Source: Halorussus marinus
Lineage (GTDB): Archaea; Halobacteriota; Halobacteria; Halobacteriales; Haladaptataceae
NCBI RefSeq assembly: GCF_004765795.1
Contig: NZ_SBIV01000001.1
Location: 558,001 to 622,000, forward strand
DNA length: 64,000 nucleotides
Direction of reading: 5' to 3'
Part shown: positions 1 to 12,301 of the stretch, in pieces
Numbering within the stretch: position 1 is the first letter of the stretch
Layout: each line of letters begins with the position of its first letter
The notes under the pieces: model-generated
Seen by the model: only the letters and a program-made list of their open reading frames with translations
The model's database searches: none
Told to the model about the DNA's origin: nothing
Program-made: the position numbers and the translations under genes

Positions 1-27
1 ACCGTCGTCGCACCGATCACCGGCCGC

Positions 28-702
28 TTACTCCCGGCCCCGGAGTTCGTCGAGCACGCCCAGCGTCGCCTCGGAGTACGACTCCTCGACCACCACGTCG
101 GCCGCGCGCTTGGCTTTCGCGTCGGCGTTCGCGACCGCGTAGGAGTCGCCCGCGACGCCGAACGTCGAGACGTCGTTCTCCGAGTCGCCGATCGCGACGA
201 ACTCCGCGGGGTCGCGATCGAGCAGTCGCGCGACCGACTTGAGCCCGCGGCCCTTCTCGATCCCCGCGGACTTGACGTGGTACGCGAAGCCGGTGTCGAC
301 CACTTCGAGGCCGTGCTCGGCCGCGAGTTCTTCGAGGGGGCCCAGCGGCTGGTCGCGCGCGACCGCGATCTCGGTCTCGCGCCACCGGTTCGTGAGGTCG
401 GCCGGCCCCCACCCGAGGTCGTGGCCCGCCTCGACGTACGCCTCGGCGACCCGGCGCGGGGCCTCGCCGTCGCCGTTCAGCGTCACCTCCCCGCGGGCGA
501 GCACGACCCCGCCGTTCTCGGCGATGACGTTCTGTTCGAGGTACATGAAGTGACAGAGCGCGACGGGGTAGGGGAACGCCTTCCCGGTCGCGAGGACGAC
601 CGGAGCGTCCCACTCGGGGAGGACGTCGAAAAAGCGCGGATCGACCGAGTCGTCGGGGCGGGTCATCGTGCCGTCGATGTCGAGGACGAGCGGGCGCGCC
701 AT
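28..702 (-). CDS. HAD-superfamily phosphatase (archaeal phosphoglycolate phosphatase type)
   Basis: Motif I DIDGT, motif II LATG, KGRGL, motif IV GDSEND; 224 aa. Confidence 0.85.
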   Translation of the reverse strand: MARPLVLDIDGTMTRPDDSVDPRFFDVLPEWDAPVVLATGKAFPYPVALCHFMYLEQNVIAENGGVVLARGEVTLNGDGEAPRRVAEAYVEAGHDLGWGPADLTNRWRETEIAVARDQPLGPLEELAAEHGLEVVDTGFAYHVKSAGIEKGRGLKSVARLLDRDPAEFVAIGDSENDVSTFGVAGDSYAVANADAKAKRAADVVVEESYSEATLGVLDELRGRE

Positions 703-751
703 GTCCCATCGAAGGCGAGTTGTCCACTAAAAACGGTCGTTCGGTCCGGGT

Positions 752-1879
752 TCAGCCGAGCGCCGGGACCCAGACGCTCTGGGGGAAGACCCCGAGGGCC
801 GCCAGCACCGAGACGAGCAGGGTCGCGATCACGATGGCGGCGGCCGGCGGGTCGAAGTGGGTGTCGGCGTGGGCGTAGAAGACTCGCTGGACGACTTCGC
901 CGGCGAGCGCGCTCACCACCCCGAACGCCGCCCCGACCGCGAGCGCCGACAGGAGCGGAATCGCGCTCGCGACCGCCGACGGCGGCGCCTGCGAGACCGC
1001 CATTCCGGCGGGCGCGAGCGCCAGCGCCGCCGTGCTCGCCGACAGGCTGATGTGGTGGGTGACCGGGGTCTGCTCGACGCCGAGATTCAGAAACAGCAGG
1101 CTCGCGGCGCTGATCCCGAACGCCAGAAACGGGCTCCCGGTCGAATACGCGACGTACGCCGCGAGGACGCCGACCACCAGCCCGAGGGTCGCGACCTCGA
1201 CCCACCGGTACTGGTGGGGGAGCCACGGCTCGACGACGAACCGGCCGGCGGGGGCCTCGGCGCCGGGGGCCGCGTCCGTGCCGCCGTCGGCCGCCGGGGC
1301 GTCACCGGCCACGCGCCGGTCGCCGTCCTCGAACGGCGCCATGTCGAGGAGCCCGCCCCTGACGTCGCCGACGAGGTCGTACCCGAACGCGAGCCGGTGG
1401 GCGACCGCCGACAGCACCACGCCCATCGCGATGGGGTCGTACGGGAGTCCGAGCGTCGACGAGCCGACGGTCAGCCAGTGGCCGAGCACGCCGAACGCGC
1501 CCCCGACCGCCAGCACGTCCGGGCGGCTCCCGTGTGCGATGGCGATGTTCTTGGCGTCGTGGTAGTCGAACGGCGCGTCGACGTACCCCCGCTCGGCGGC
1601 GTAGGCGGCCGCGGCCGCCCCGCCCGCGAAGCTGACCGCCGGCGAGAACGCGGGGCCGAACGCGACCGACCCGGTGAGACCGATCGCTCCGAGTTCGCCC
1701 GCCGCGGCGGGGTCGACGGCGCTCGCGACCGCCTTTCCGGCGAGGTTGGCCGTCTCGCCGGCGATTACGAGAAAGCCGGTGAACACGAACGCGGGGAGCG
1801 CCCCGAGGGCGGCGCCGAACGCGCCGCCCGCGAACGCCGCGAGCAGTATCTCGACCGTCCACAGCTCCGCCCACGCCAT
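752..1879 (-). CDS. Polytopic membrane protein coupled to glpK (putative glycerol uptake protein)
   Basis: 375 aa, Gly/Ala-rich hydrophobic segments; ATG directly follows the glpK stop (TGA-ATG); function inferred from context only. Confidence 0.7.
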   Translation of the reverse strand: MAWAELWTVEILLAAFAGGAFGAALGALPAFVFTGFLVIAGETANLAGKAVASAVDPAAAGELGAIGLTGSVAFGPAFSPAVSFAGGAAAAAYAAERGYVDAPFDYHDAKNIAIAHGSRPDVLAVGGAFGVLGHWLTVGSSTLGLPYDPIAMGVVLSAVAHRLAFGYDLVGDVRGGLLDMAPFEDGDRRVAGDAPAADGGTDAAPGAEAPAGRFVVEPWLPHQYRWVEVATLGLVVGVLAAYVAYSTGSPFLAFGISAASLLFLNLGVEQTPVTHHISLSASTAALALAPAGMAVSQAPPSAVASAIPLLSALAVGAAFGVVSALAGEVVQRVFYAHADTHFDPPAAAIVIATLLVSVLAALGVFPQSVWVPALG

Positions 1880-3424
<1,545 letters not shown>

Positions 3425-3613
3425 TCTGGTCCCGTGGACGGTCGTCGGAGTCGAGCTCGCCGCCTCGATACGTCGCTCGGACGACCGCGTCTGTGTAGGG
3501 CACGGACCTCGATAGCATAAGTGTTGACGACGATCGGGATCCGTCGTCGGCCGACCGCCGGAGGGGTGCAACGAGCGATGGGCTCAAGTGGCTTCCAACC
3601 AACCTCTGACCGA

Positions 3614-5290
3614 ATGACCGATACCGAGGTGGTCGTCGTCGGCGGGGGGTCGACGGGGTGTGGGGTCGCCCGCGACCTCGCCATGCGCGGGCTCGACGTG
3701 ACCCTCGTCGAGAAAGGCAACCTCACCCACGGAACGACCGGCCGGATGCACGGACTGCTCCACAGCGGCGGGCGGTACGCCGTCTCCGACCAGTCGAGCG
3801 CCCGGGAGTGCATCGCGGAGAACCGTGTGCTCCGGGAGATCGCGGGCCACTGCGTCGAGATGACCGGCGGCCAGTTCGTCCAGCTCGAGGGCGACCCCGA
3901 CGAGTACTTCGAGGAGAAGCTCGCGGGCTGTCGGGAGTGTGGAATCCCCGCCGAGGTGCTGACCGGCCAGCAAGCCCGCGCCGAGGAGCCGTACCTCACC
4001 GACGACGTCAAGCGGTCGATCCGGGTGCCCGACGGCGCGGTCGACCCCTTCCGGCTCTGCGTGGCGAACGCCGCCAGCGCCGAGCGCCACGGCGCCCGAA
4101 TCGAGACCCACGCCGAGGTCGTCGACGTGCTCGCGGACGGCGACGACGTGTTCGGCGTCCAAGTGCGCCACGACTCGGGGCCGGGCAAGCGCGAGCACGC
4201 CAGAACCGGCGAGCGCGAGCGGATCACCGCCGAGTACGTCGTCAACGCGACCGGCGCGTGGGCCGGACAGATCGGCGAGCTCGCGGGCGTCGACGTCGCG
4301 GTCCGGCCCTCGAAGGGCGCGATGGTGGTGATGAACTGCCGGCAGGTCGACACCGTGGTCAACCGGTGTCGACCCAAAGGCGACGCCGACATCGTGGTGC
4401 CCCACGAGACGACCGCGATCCTCGGCACGACCGACGTGGAGGTCGAAGACCCCGAGGACTACTCCGAGGAGCGGTGGGAGGTCGACCTGATGATCGACGA
4501 GCTGAGCGCGCTCGTCCCGATCCTCCGGGAGGCCCGGACGGTGCGGTCGTTCTGGGGCGTCCGGCCCCTCTACGAGCCGCCCGGGACCGGGACCCGGGAC
4601 CCGACCGACATCACTCGCGACTACTTCCTACTCGACCACGCCGAGCGCGACGACCTCTCGGGGTTCGCGTCGATCGTCGGCGGGAAGTTCACGACCTACC
4701 GGCTGATGGCCGAGGAGATAGCCGACCACGTCTGTGCCGAGCTCGGGGTGTCGGCCTCGTGTCGGACCGCCGACGAGCCCCTGCCCGGCAGCGAGGACTT
4801 CACCGTCCTCAGAGAGTACATGGACGAGTTCGGCCTGCGCTCGCCGGTCGGCCGCCGGAGCGTCCAGCGGCTCGGCTCGCGGGCCGACGAGGTGCTCTCG
4901 ACCGACGGCCCCAATCCCGTACTCTGTGACTGCGAGGCGGTCACGCGAGCGGAGGTCCGGGACGCCATCGACCAGTCGGGCACCGACCTCAACGCGGTCC
5001 GCATCCGGACTCGGGCCTCGATGGGCAACTGTCAGGGCGGGTTGTGCTGTCACCGGATGGCGGCCGAACTCCACCCCGAGTACGGCGAGCCACAGGCCCG
5101 GGCGGCCCTCGACGAGCTCTTCGAGGAGCGCTGGAAAGGCGAGCGCCACGCCCTGTGGGGCGAACAGCTCTCGCAGGCCGCGCTCACCTACGCGCTCCAC
5201 GCGACGACGATGAACCGCGACCGCGACCCCGCCGACGGCGCGTCGGTCGAGTACGCGGCCTTCGACGCGGGGGGCGCCGATGGCGATTGA
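3614..5290 (+). CDS. glpA: Anaerobic glycerol-3-phosphate dehydrogenase subunit A
   Basis: FAD motif [34 protein letters not shown]-terminal CDCE...MGNCQGGLC; start moved to MTDTEV. Confidence 0.95.
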   Translation: MTDTEVVVVGGGSTGCGVARDLAMRGLDVTLVEKGNLTHGTTGRMHGLLHSGGRYAVSDQSSARECIAENRVLREIAGHCVEMTGGQFVQLEGDPDEYFEEKLAGCRECGIPAEVLTGQQARAEEPYLTDDVKRSIRVPDGAVDPFRLCVANAASAERHGARIETHAEVVDVLADGDDVFGVQVRHDSGPGKREHARTGERERITAEYVVNATGAWAGQIGELAGVDVAVRPSKGAMVVMNCRQVDTVVNRCRPKGDADIVVPHETTAILGTTDVEVEDPEDYSEERWEVDLMIDELSALVPILREARTVRSFWGVRPLYEPPGTGTRDPTDITRDYFLLDHAERDDLSGFASIVGGKFTTYRLMAEEIADHVCAELGVSASCRTADEPLPGSEDFTVLREYMDEFGLRSPVGRRSVQRLGSRADEVLSTDGPNPVLCDCEAVTRAEVRDAIDQSGTDLNAVRIRTRASMGNCQGGLCCHRMAAELHPEYGEPQARAALDELFEERWKGERHALWGEQLSQAALTYALHATTMNRDRDPADGASVEYAAFDAGGADGD

Positions 5291-6632
5291 AGACGACGTG
5301 GCGGTCGTCGGCGGCGGCATCGCCGGGATGACTGCGGCGCTCGCGGCCGCACGCGAGGGCGCGACCGTCCGGGTCATCTCCCACAAGGACTCGACGCTCC
5401 GGAGCGCGAGCGGGCTCGTGGACGTGCTCGGGTACCCACCGCGGTCCGGCGGGTCCTCGGGGGACAGTGACGCGAGCGAGTCCCCGGCCGGCGACGCCGG
5501 ACCGCTCGCCGATCCCTTCGAGGCGATTCCGGACCTCCCCGAGGACCACCCGTACACCGCGGTCGGCCTCGAGGGCGTCCGGGCGGCGCTCTCGCTGTTC
5601 GACGAGGCCGTCGACGGCTACCGCGGGGGCCACACCGACCGCAACGCCCTCGTCCCGACCCACGGCGGTACGGTCAAGCCGACCGCCAGATACCCGGCGA
5701 GCGTCGCGCCCGGACTCGCCAGCGACCCCCGCGAGACGCTGTTGGTTGGCTTCGAGACGGTCACGGACTTCGACGCCCCGCTCGCCGCCGACCACCTCCG
5801 GGCGGCCGGCGTCCCGTTCGAGGTTCGGGGCGTCACCGTCCGGTTCCCCGGGGCGTTCCGCGCCGACGCCCGAGTCACCCGGCTCGCGGACGCCCTCGAC
5901 GCCGACGAGCGACTCGAGGCCGGCGACGATCCGTCGGGGGTCTCGACCTCGCTCCCGGCCCGCGGCGCGCTCGCCGCGGTCGTGAAACCCCGACTCGGCG
6001 ACGCCGAGCGCGTCGGGTTCCCGGCGGTGCTCGGCCGCCACGAGACGCCCTCGATCCGGGCCGACCTCGAAGCCGAACTCGGCGCGGCGGTCTTCGAGGT
6101 GCCGACGGGGCCGCCGAGCCTGCCCGGGATGCGCCTCGAAGGCGCGCTCCGGGGGGCCTGCCGGGACGCGGGGGTCCGGTTCACGACCGGCGACCCGGTG
6201 GCGGGCTACGAGACGGGCGCCGACGGCGAGATCGCGGCGCTCCGGGTCGAGCGAAACGGCGCGGCGATCCCGTTTCACGCCGAGAGCGTCGTGCTGGCGA
6301 CCGGCGGTCTGGTGGGGAAAGGCGTCGACTCGGACCGCGAGTCGGTCCGCGAGCCGGTGTTCGACTGCCACGTCCCCCACCCGGCCGACCGCTACGAGTG
6401 GTTCGACGACGACGCGTTCGGCGACCACGCGTTCGCCCGGTTCGGGGTGGCGACCGACGGCGACCTCCGCCCGCTCGACGCGCGGGGCGACCCCGAACAC
6501 GCGAATCTCCGGGCCGCGGGCGGCGTGCTCGGAGGCTACGACTTCGCGGCCGAGAAGTCCGGCGCGGGCGTCTCGCTGGCGACCGGTCGAGCGGCCGGAC
6601 GCGCGGCGGCCCGACAGGTGAGTGATTCATGA
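5280..6632 (+). CDS. glpB: Glycerol-3-phosphate dehydrogenase subunit B
   Basis: [35 protein letters not shown]; overlaps the end of glpA. Confidence 0.93.
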   Translation: MAIEDDVAVVGGGIAGMTAALAAAREGATVRVISHKDSTLRSASGLVDVLGYPPRSGGSSGDSDASESPAGDAGPLADPFEAIPDLPEDHPYTAVGLEGVRAALSLFDEAVDGYRGGHTDRNALVPTHGGTVKPTARYPASVAPGLASDPRETLLVGFETVTDFDAPLAADHLRAAGVPFEVRGVTVRFPGAFRADARVTRLADALDADERLEAGDDPSGVSTSLPARGALAAVVKPRLGDAERVGFPAVLGRHETPSIRADLEAELGAAVFEVPTGPPSLPGMRLEGALRGACRDAGVRFTTGDPVAGYETGADGEIAALRVERNGAAIPFHAESVVLATGGLVGKGVDSDRESVREPVFDCHVPHPADRYEWFDDDAFGDHAFARFGVATDGDLRPLDARGDPEHANLRAAGGVLGGYDFAAEKSGAGVSLATGRAAGRAAARQVSDS

Positions 6633-7966
6633 GCGACGCAGAGAACCCAGACGGCGCGAGCGAGTTCCGCGAGGACGAACCGACCGACTCCGCCGAGGAG
6701 TTCGAACCCATCGAGGTGTTCCCCGAGAGCGAGTCGATGGACCTGCGGCCGGGCAGCGACGACTGTTACAAGTGCTCGACGTGCGACACGTCGTGTCCGG
6801 TCGCCGCGGTCGACGACGAGTTCCCCGGCCCGAAGTTTCAGGGGCCCGAACAGTGGCGGCTCAAGCGGAAAGACGACCGCGACATCGACGAGTCGGTGAT
6901 GAGCTGTTCGAACTGCATGCGGTGTGACTCGGCGTGTCCCTCCGACGTGCCCCTCTCGCAGATGCACAACACCGCGCGGGGATCGTTCGTCGACGAGCAG
7001 ATGGACAAGCTCTCCCGGGAGTACGTCCGGAATCGCATCCTGTCGAACTATCGGACGCTGGCGGCGCTCGGAAGCAAGGTCCCGAGGCTCACCAACTTCG
7101 TGATGGGGCTGGGCGTGACGAAGCTGTTCAACGAGAAGGTCCTGGGCATCACCAGCGAGCGAGAGTTCCCCGAGTTCGCCACCGAGACGTTCCGGGAGTG
7201 GTGGGAGAAACGAGGCGGCCCGAACGTCGAACGCGACGACAAGCGCGTGGCGTACTTCCACGGCTGTTACTCGAACTACAACACCCCGGAGGTCGGCAAG
7301 GCGATGGTCCGGGTGTTCGAGGCGTTCGGCTACGAGGTGCTGGTCCCGCCCCAGAAGTGCTCGGGCACCCCGATGTTCGCGAACGGGATGCTCGACGACG
7401 CCGAGCGCGCCGCCGAGACCAACGTCGCCGAACTCGCGGCCGCGATCGAGGGGGGCGCGGACGTGATCGCCTCCTGTACGTCGTGTTCGCTGTCGCTCCG
7501 CCAGGAGTACCCCGAACTGTTCGACTTCGAGGGGACCGCGAGCGTCGCCGCCAACACTTACGAGGCGCTCGAATACCTCCGCGTCCACGAGGACCTCGAG
7601 GGGGCGCTCGCCGACGCCGAGGTCGACGACGCGGCCTTCGCCTACCACGCGCCCTGCCACGCCCGCAATCAGGGCCTCGACGGGCAGGCGGTCGAGTTGC
7701 TCGACGCCCTCGAGGGCGCGAACGCCGAGGACGTCGGGGACTCCTGCTCGGGCATCTCGGGCACCTACGGCTGGAAAGAGGAGAAGTACGACGTCTCGAT
7801 GGAGATCGGCGCCGAGATGTTCGACCACATGGAGGCGGCCGACGCCGAGACGGGCCTGACCGAGTGTCCGACCTGCGCGATGCAGATGGAACACGGGACG
7901 GGCTACGAGATCCGCCACCCGCTCCAGGTGATCGAGGAGGCGGTGGTCGGTGCCGACGCGGCGTAG
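6629..7966 (+). CDS. glpC: Glycerol-3-phosphate dehydrogenase Fe-S subunit C
   Basis: Two CxxCxxCxxxCP ferredoxin motifs, YFHGC, CSG, TECPTC; ATGA overlap with glpB. Confidence 0.93.
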   Translation: MSDAENPDGASEFREDEPTDSAEEFEPIEVFPESESMDLRPGSDDCYKCSTCDTSCPVAAVDDEFPGPKFQGPEQWRLKRKDDRDIDESVMSCSNCMRCDSACPSDVPLSQMHNTARGSFVDEQMDKLSREYVRNRILSNYRTLAALGSKVPRLTNFVMGLGVTKLFNEKVLGITSEREFPEFATETFREWWEKRGGPNVERDDKRVAYFHGCYSNYNTPEVGKAMVRVFEAFGYEVLVPPQKCSGTPMFANGMLDDAERAAETNVAELAAAIEGGADVIASCTSCSLSLRQEYPELFDFEGTASVAANTYEALEYLRVHEDLEGALADAEVDDAAFAYHAPCHARNQGLDGQAVELLDALEGANAEDVGDSCSGISGTYGWKEEKYDVSMEIGAEMFDHMEAADAETGLTECPTCAMQMEHGTGYEIRHPLQVIEEAVVGADAA

Positions 7967-8008
7967 TCGGTCGCTCGGTGACGACGCCCCGTTCGGCGAA
8001 CTGTTCGG

Positions 8009-8983
8009 TTAATCGGTGCCGGGCGCCGGCGTCGGCTCCGCCGGGTCCTCGTCGACGTACTCCAGATCGTCGGTGTAGCGATCGATGAGCAACACCGCGA
8101 CCGCGCCCGCGACCCCGGCGAGGACGGTCGCGGCCACGCGCTCGACCGGCCACGCGCCCTCGGCGGTGAGGATGCGTGCGGCCGGAAGTCGGAGCGCGCC
8201 GACCATCAGCGCGACGAGGAAGGTCAGCGTCACCTGGCGGCGGGTCGCGAGCGCCCACTTCACGACGCGGGCGAACGTGAGGATTCCCACCGCCGCGCCA
8301 GCGACGAACGAGGCGACGGCGATCGCCGGCCCGAGCGCGGCCTCGAGCGCGCCGCCCCGAGCGATCGCGACGAGTTCGGCAATGAACTCGTGGAGCGCGT
8401 TGCTCATGTACACGTACTGGCCCATCAGGATGAGCAACAGCGACCCCGAGACGCCGGGCAGGATCATCGCGGAGATCGCGATCCCGCCCGCGACGAACAG
8501 CACCGGCGGCGCGTGGGGAACCGCGGCCCCCGCGGATTCGCCGGCCAGCAAGAACGCGCCGACCAGCCCCGCGATCGCGGCCGCCCGCTCGTCGCGGGTG
8601 TCGAGTCTGACCTCTCCCCAGAGGACGACCGCCGAGGCGGCGATGAGGCCGAAGAAGAACGCGAACAGCACGGCGGGCGAAGACTCCTCGACGCCGGCGA
8701 CGACGCCGGTGACGCCGACGATGGCGGTCAGGACCCCCGCGCCGAGCACCGCGAGGAAGGCGACGTCCATCGCCCGGACGGTCTCGGCGATCCGGGCGCG
8801 AGCCCGGGCGTCGTACGCGCGCGGGAGGTCGGCCAGCACCGCCGGATCGAACGCCGCGATCGCGCCGACCAGCCGCTCGTAGATTCCGGTTATCAGCGCG
8901 ATGGTGCCGCCCGAGACGCCGGGGACGGCGTCTGCGGCGCCCATGAACACGCCCTTCAGATAGACGGAGAGCCACGCTCGCAT
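8009..8983 (-). CDS. DUF368 family membrane protein (polyprenyl-phosphate translocase family)
   Basis: KGVFMGAADAVPGVSGGTIALITGIYERL and second repeat AMILPGVSGSLLLILMGQY. Confidence 0.9.
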   Translation of the reverse strand: MRAWLSVYLKGVFMGAADAVPGVSGGTIALITGIYERLVGAIAAFDPAVLADLPRAYDARARARIAETVRAMDVAFLAVLGAGVLTAIVGVTGVVAGVEESSPAVLFAFFFGLIAASAVVLWGEVRLDTRDERAAAIAGLVGAFLLAGESAGAAVPHAPPVLFVAGGIAISAMILPGVSGSLLLILMGQYVYMSNALHEFIAELVAIARGGALEAALGPAIAVASFVAGAAVGILTFARVVKWALATRRQVTLTFLVALMVGALRLPAARILTAEGAWPVERVAATVLAGVAGAVAVLLIDRYTDDLEYVDEDPAEPTPAPGTD

Positions 8984-9041
8984 TGGGCCCGGATACGTCG
9001 ACCGCGGGGAAAACAGTTCGGCTTTCGACGGAACGAACCGC

Positions 9042-12000
9042 TCAGTCGCGCTTGCCGAAGAGGAGCGTCGCCGCGAACGCTCCGACGAGGCCGGCGCGGG
9101 CGGGCGCGGTCTCCTCGCGATCGGGGAGCGCGTCGGCCGGCGCGGGCCGGGATTCGGCGGCGGCCGCGCCCGGCGACGCGAGCGCGGAGGCGTTCGACTC
9201 GTTCGCGACCGTGTCGTTCTCGACGGTCTCGTTGGTCGCCGTCTCGTTCGTGACGGTTTCGTTCGTCACAGTTTCGTTCGTGGCGGTCTCGTTGGTTGCC
9301 GTCTCGTTTTGGTCCTGGCGGAGCTGGATCGACTCCTCGGTCAGCGCGACCTCGGTCGCCGAGTCGTTCTCGCCGATGACCTGCGCTTCGGTCACGTCGG
9401 CAGTGGCGTTCGAGAAGGTGATGTTGCCGTCCTCGAACGACTGGCCGGTCACGAACTCGTACGGACCGGTCGCCCGCACGCTCGTGTTGGTGTAGCCCTG
9501 CTCGGGGCCCCACTCGTCGTACCCGGTCGAGGAGTACGGCAGGGTCATCGTGAACTCGCCGTCAGCACCGGTCTGGGCCTGCTGGCGGTAGGTGAACGTC
9601 GAGTTGGCCTCGGTCGGCGACAGCTGGACTCGCGCGGTCACGGTGGCGTTCTCGGGGCCGGTGCCCTCGACGGTCGCGCCGGGGACGCGCTCGAACGTCT
9701 TGACCCACGACGGCGAGGTCCGGAGGATGCGGTTCGGGTTCACGCCGGCCTGCTGGAGCAGGCGCATCTCGCCGCGTAGCGTCTGGACGTACTGCTGGGA
9801 GCTGGTGGCCGAGGACTCGCTCTGTTTGACCAGCCGGTAGTGTTCGAGCGCGGAGACGCGCTCGCTCGGGAACGGCCCGATCCCGCCGATCTGGGCGGTG
9901 CCGTCCTCCTCGACGAACTCGCGGGCCTCCTGCATCGTGTCGAAGTTGCGAACGACCGTCGCGTTCTCGCCCGAGGGCGTACCGACGATCTGGTCGGAGG
10001 AGACCCCCGAGACCGCGTCGTAGTCGACGACCACCGGGCTGGGTTCGACCGCGCTACCCTGATAGAGGTAGAGTCGCGCGACCTGACTCTGATAGTAGCG
10101 CTGGTCTTTCATCCGGAAGGCGATCCGGGGCCGGGTCTGCTCGTCGTTCAGCCCGGAGTACACCCGCGTGTAGAAGTCGAACCGACTCACGTTCTCGTTG
10201 AACACGGTGGGTGCCGAGAACTTCGAGGTCGGCTCGGCCATCTTCCAGTCGGCCATCACGTAGCGGGTCTCCTCGCCGTCGTCGCCGAGCGTCTCGATGA
10301 CCTCGTTGGCCTCCTGTTCGCTGGGCGCGAGCAGGTAGTTCGCGGCGGTAGTCGCGCCCTCCTGGAACGGGTTGGCGTTCGGGATGCGCTCGCCCTGGAC
10401 GGTGATGATGTGGCCGTAGTCCCACCACGACATCACGCCGTACGCGCCGGCCGGGTAGTCGAAGTCACCGTCGTTCTGGTCGTAGGTGCCGTAGTAGTCC
10501 ATCTCGTTGTCGGCGCCGCCGAACGTCCCCTCCTCGGGCGTCTCGTTGGCGAGCCAGTCGAGCGAGCCGTCCCAGTCGGCGATCTCGCCGGGACCGGTGT
10601 TCGCGCCCGCCTGCATGGCGGTGTTGGTCTGGTCGATGTTGGCGACGCCCGTACTGCCGACGGTCGCCGGGAAGACGAGCACCGGCAACACCAGCAGGAC
10701 GACCATCACGACCGACAACACCTGGTAGCCGTCGACGTCGGTGAGCGACTCGCGGTCGGTGAAGTCCGCGATCGCGAGCACGCGACCGGCGAGGTAGGCG
10801 TTCAGCACGGCGACCGGCACCGCGAGGTAATAGTTGAACCTGACCTGCGTGAACGCCGCCGCGACGATGAACGCGGCCCAGACGAGCACGAGCAGTTTCT
10901 CGGCGCTGTGGTCGTCGGTGCGGTAGGTCCGCCACACCAGCCAGATCGCGGCCACGGCGGCCGTGAACAGCATCAGGCCGTACTCCTGCATGATGACGTC
11001 GAACTCGCTGATGCCGTACTGGGGCTGGACACCTCCGGGGCCTTCTGCGAGGAACGGCTGGGCCTCGCCGATAGTTCGGGTCCGGGCGTTCGTTCCCAGT
11101 CCGATCACGCGGAGGACGTTGTTCCGAACGAGGTTGAACAGGCCGGGCGCGCCGACCGCGACGGCGCCGACGACGGCGACGATGATCCCGCCGATCGCGG
11201 GCGGGTACAGCGTGGCGTTGAGGTCGCGGGCGTCCCACACTCGGGCGAGCCACGCCATGAAGACACAGCCGCCGGCGACCGCGAACGCGAGCAGCGGCTG
11301 GAGGGGCGAGAACTTCGTCGGACTGAAATCGAACGTGCCGAGCGGAACGAGCATCAGGAGCCCGGTGACGCTCATGCTGACCGCGCCGACGAACGCGAGG
11401 TGGTCGGGGCTGACCCCCCGGAGGTAGTCGGCCGCGAGCTTGAGCACGAAGAACGCGCCGAAGATACCGATCAGCAGGACGCCGGGCGGCCACGTCCAGA
11501 GGTAGAGCGCCGTCGCGATCCCCGCGAGTACGCTGTAGCCGAGTGGTCGGCGAAGCACCGCGAAATCACGGTCCGCAACGAGTTCGTACACCGGCTTCTC
11601 GCGCTCGGCGACGCTCAGCGCGACCATCATCGCCAGCACCGCGAACGCCTGAAACAGGGGTTCGGCGATGTTGTGATCCGAGAACCCGACCAGACTCCGC
11701 CGGAGGAACGTGCCCGGAAGGAGCGCGAGCACGACGACGCCGAACAGCGCACCGGGGCGGCCGGCGATGCGCTTGCCGAGCAGGTAGGTCGGAATCGCGA
11801 CGAGCGTCCCGAGCACCGCCGGAGCGACGAGGAGGGTCGTCGCCACCGTCTGCTCGGTGGGGCTACCGAGCCCCACGATCAGGGCGGCGGTCGCGACCAA
11901 CTGGTCGTAAAGCGTCCCGAACTGGCCGACGCTGGTGCCGAACGGGAAGTACGTCCAGGGGTCGAACGGCATCGTGCTCGGCCAGTTGGCAACCGTGTAG

Positions 12001-12209
12001 GTGACTTGTCGGAGGTGATACCACGCGTCCGCGCCGGTGAAAAAGACCTCGCCGTCGCGGAAGAAGTTCTCGTACGACTGGACACGCACCCAGAGCATGA
12101 AGGCGATCGCCGCGGCGAGCACGGGGACGTGATACCAGTCCTCGAACGCGTCGAGGATCGACTCGGCCGACTCGGCCGAGTCGTCGACCTGCTCAGTCTG
12201 CTGGCTCAT
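9042..12209 (-). CDS. aglB: Oligosaccharyltransferase AglB (STT3 family)
   Basis: DAWYH, DHNIAE, TIGE, WWDYG, NPFQ, DWKM; multiple TM segments; start moved to MSQQTE. Confidence 0.96.
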   Translation of the reverse strand: MSQQTEQVDDSAESAESILDAFEDWYHVPVLAAAIAFMLWVRVQSYENFFRDGEVFFTGADAWYHLRQVTYTVANWPSTMPFDPWTYFPFGTSVGQFGTLYDQLVATAALIVGLGSPTEQTVATTLLVAPAVLGTLVAIPTYLLGKRIAGRPGALFGVVVLALLPGTFLRRSLVGFSDHNIAEPLFQAFAVLAMMVALSVAEREKPVYELVADRDFAVLRRPLGYSVLAGIATALYLWTWPPGVLLIGIFGAFFVLKLAADYLRGVSPDHLAFVGAVSMSVTGLLMLVPLGTFDFSPTKFSPLQPLLAFAVAGGCVFMAWLARVWDARDLNATLYPPAIGGIIVAVVGAVAVGAPGLFNLVRNNVLRVIGLGTNARTRTIGEAQPFLAEGPGGVQPQYGISEFDVIMQEYGLMLFTAAVAAIWLVWRTYRTDDHSAEKLLVLVWAAFIVAAAFTQVRFNYYLAVPVAVLNAYLAGRVLAIADFTDRESLTDVDGYQVLSVVMVVLLVLPVLVFPATVGSTGVANIDQTNTAMQAGANTGPGEIADWDGSLDWLANETPEEGTFGGADNEMDYYGTYDQNDGDFDYPAGAYGVMSWWDYGHIITVQGERIPNANPFQEGATTAANYLLAPSEQEANEVIETLGDDGEETRYVMADWKMAEPTSKFSAPTVFNENVSRFDFYTRVYSGLNDEQTRPRIAFRMKDQRYYQSQVARLYLYQGSAVEPSPVVVDYDAVSGVSSDQIVGTPSGENATVVRNFDTMQEAREFVEEDGTAQIGGIGPFPSERVSALEHYRLVKQSESSATSSQQYVQTLRGEMRLLQQAGVNPNRILRTSPSWVKTFERVPGATVEGTGPENATVTARVQLSPTEANSTFTYRQQAQTGADGEFTMTLPYSSTGYDEWGPEQGYTNTSVRATGPYEFVTGQSFEDGNITFSNATADVTEAQVIGENDSATEVALTEESIQLRQDQNETATNETATNETVTNETVTNETATNETVENDTVANESNASALASPGAAAAESRPAPADALPDREETAPARAGLVGAFAATLLFGKRD
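9186..9308 (-). repeat. Degenerate 15-bp coding repeat (NET[AV]T units) in the aglB 3' end
   Basis: Encodes NETATNETATNETVTNETVTNETATNETVENDTVANESNAS. Confidence 0.85.
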
Positions 12210-12301
12210 TGACTCGAAAGAACTGGCAAAACCCGCATAAGCCTTGTCATCTGGAGCCGGCACGGGTGTCGTTTTCCCGGTCCCCTCCGGTGCGACGAGG
12301 C

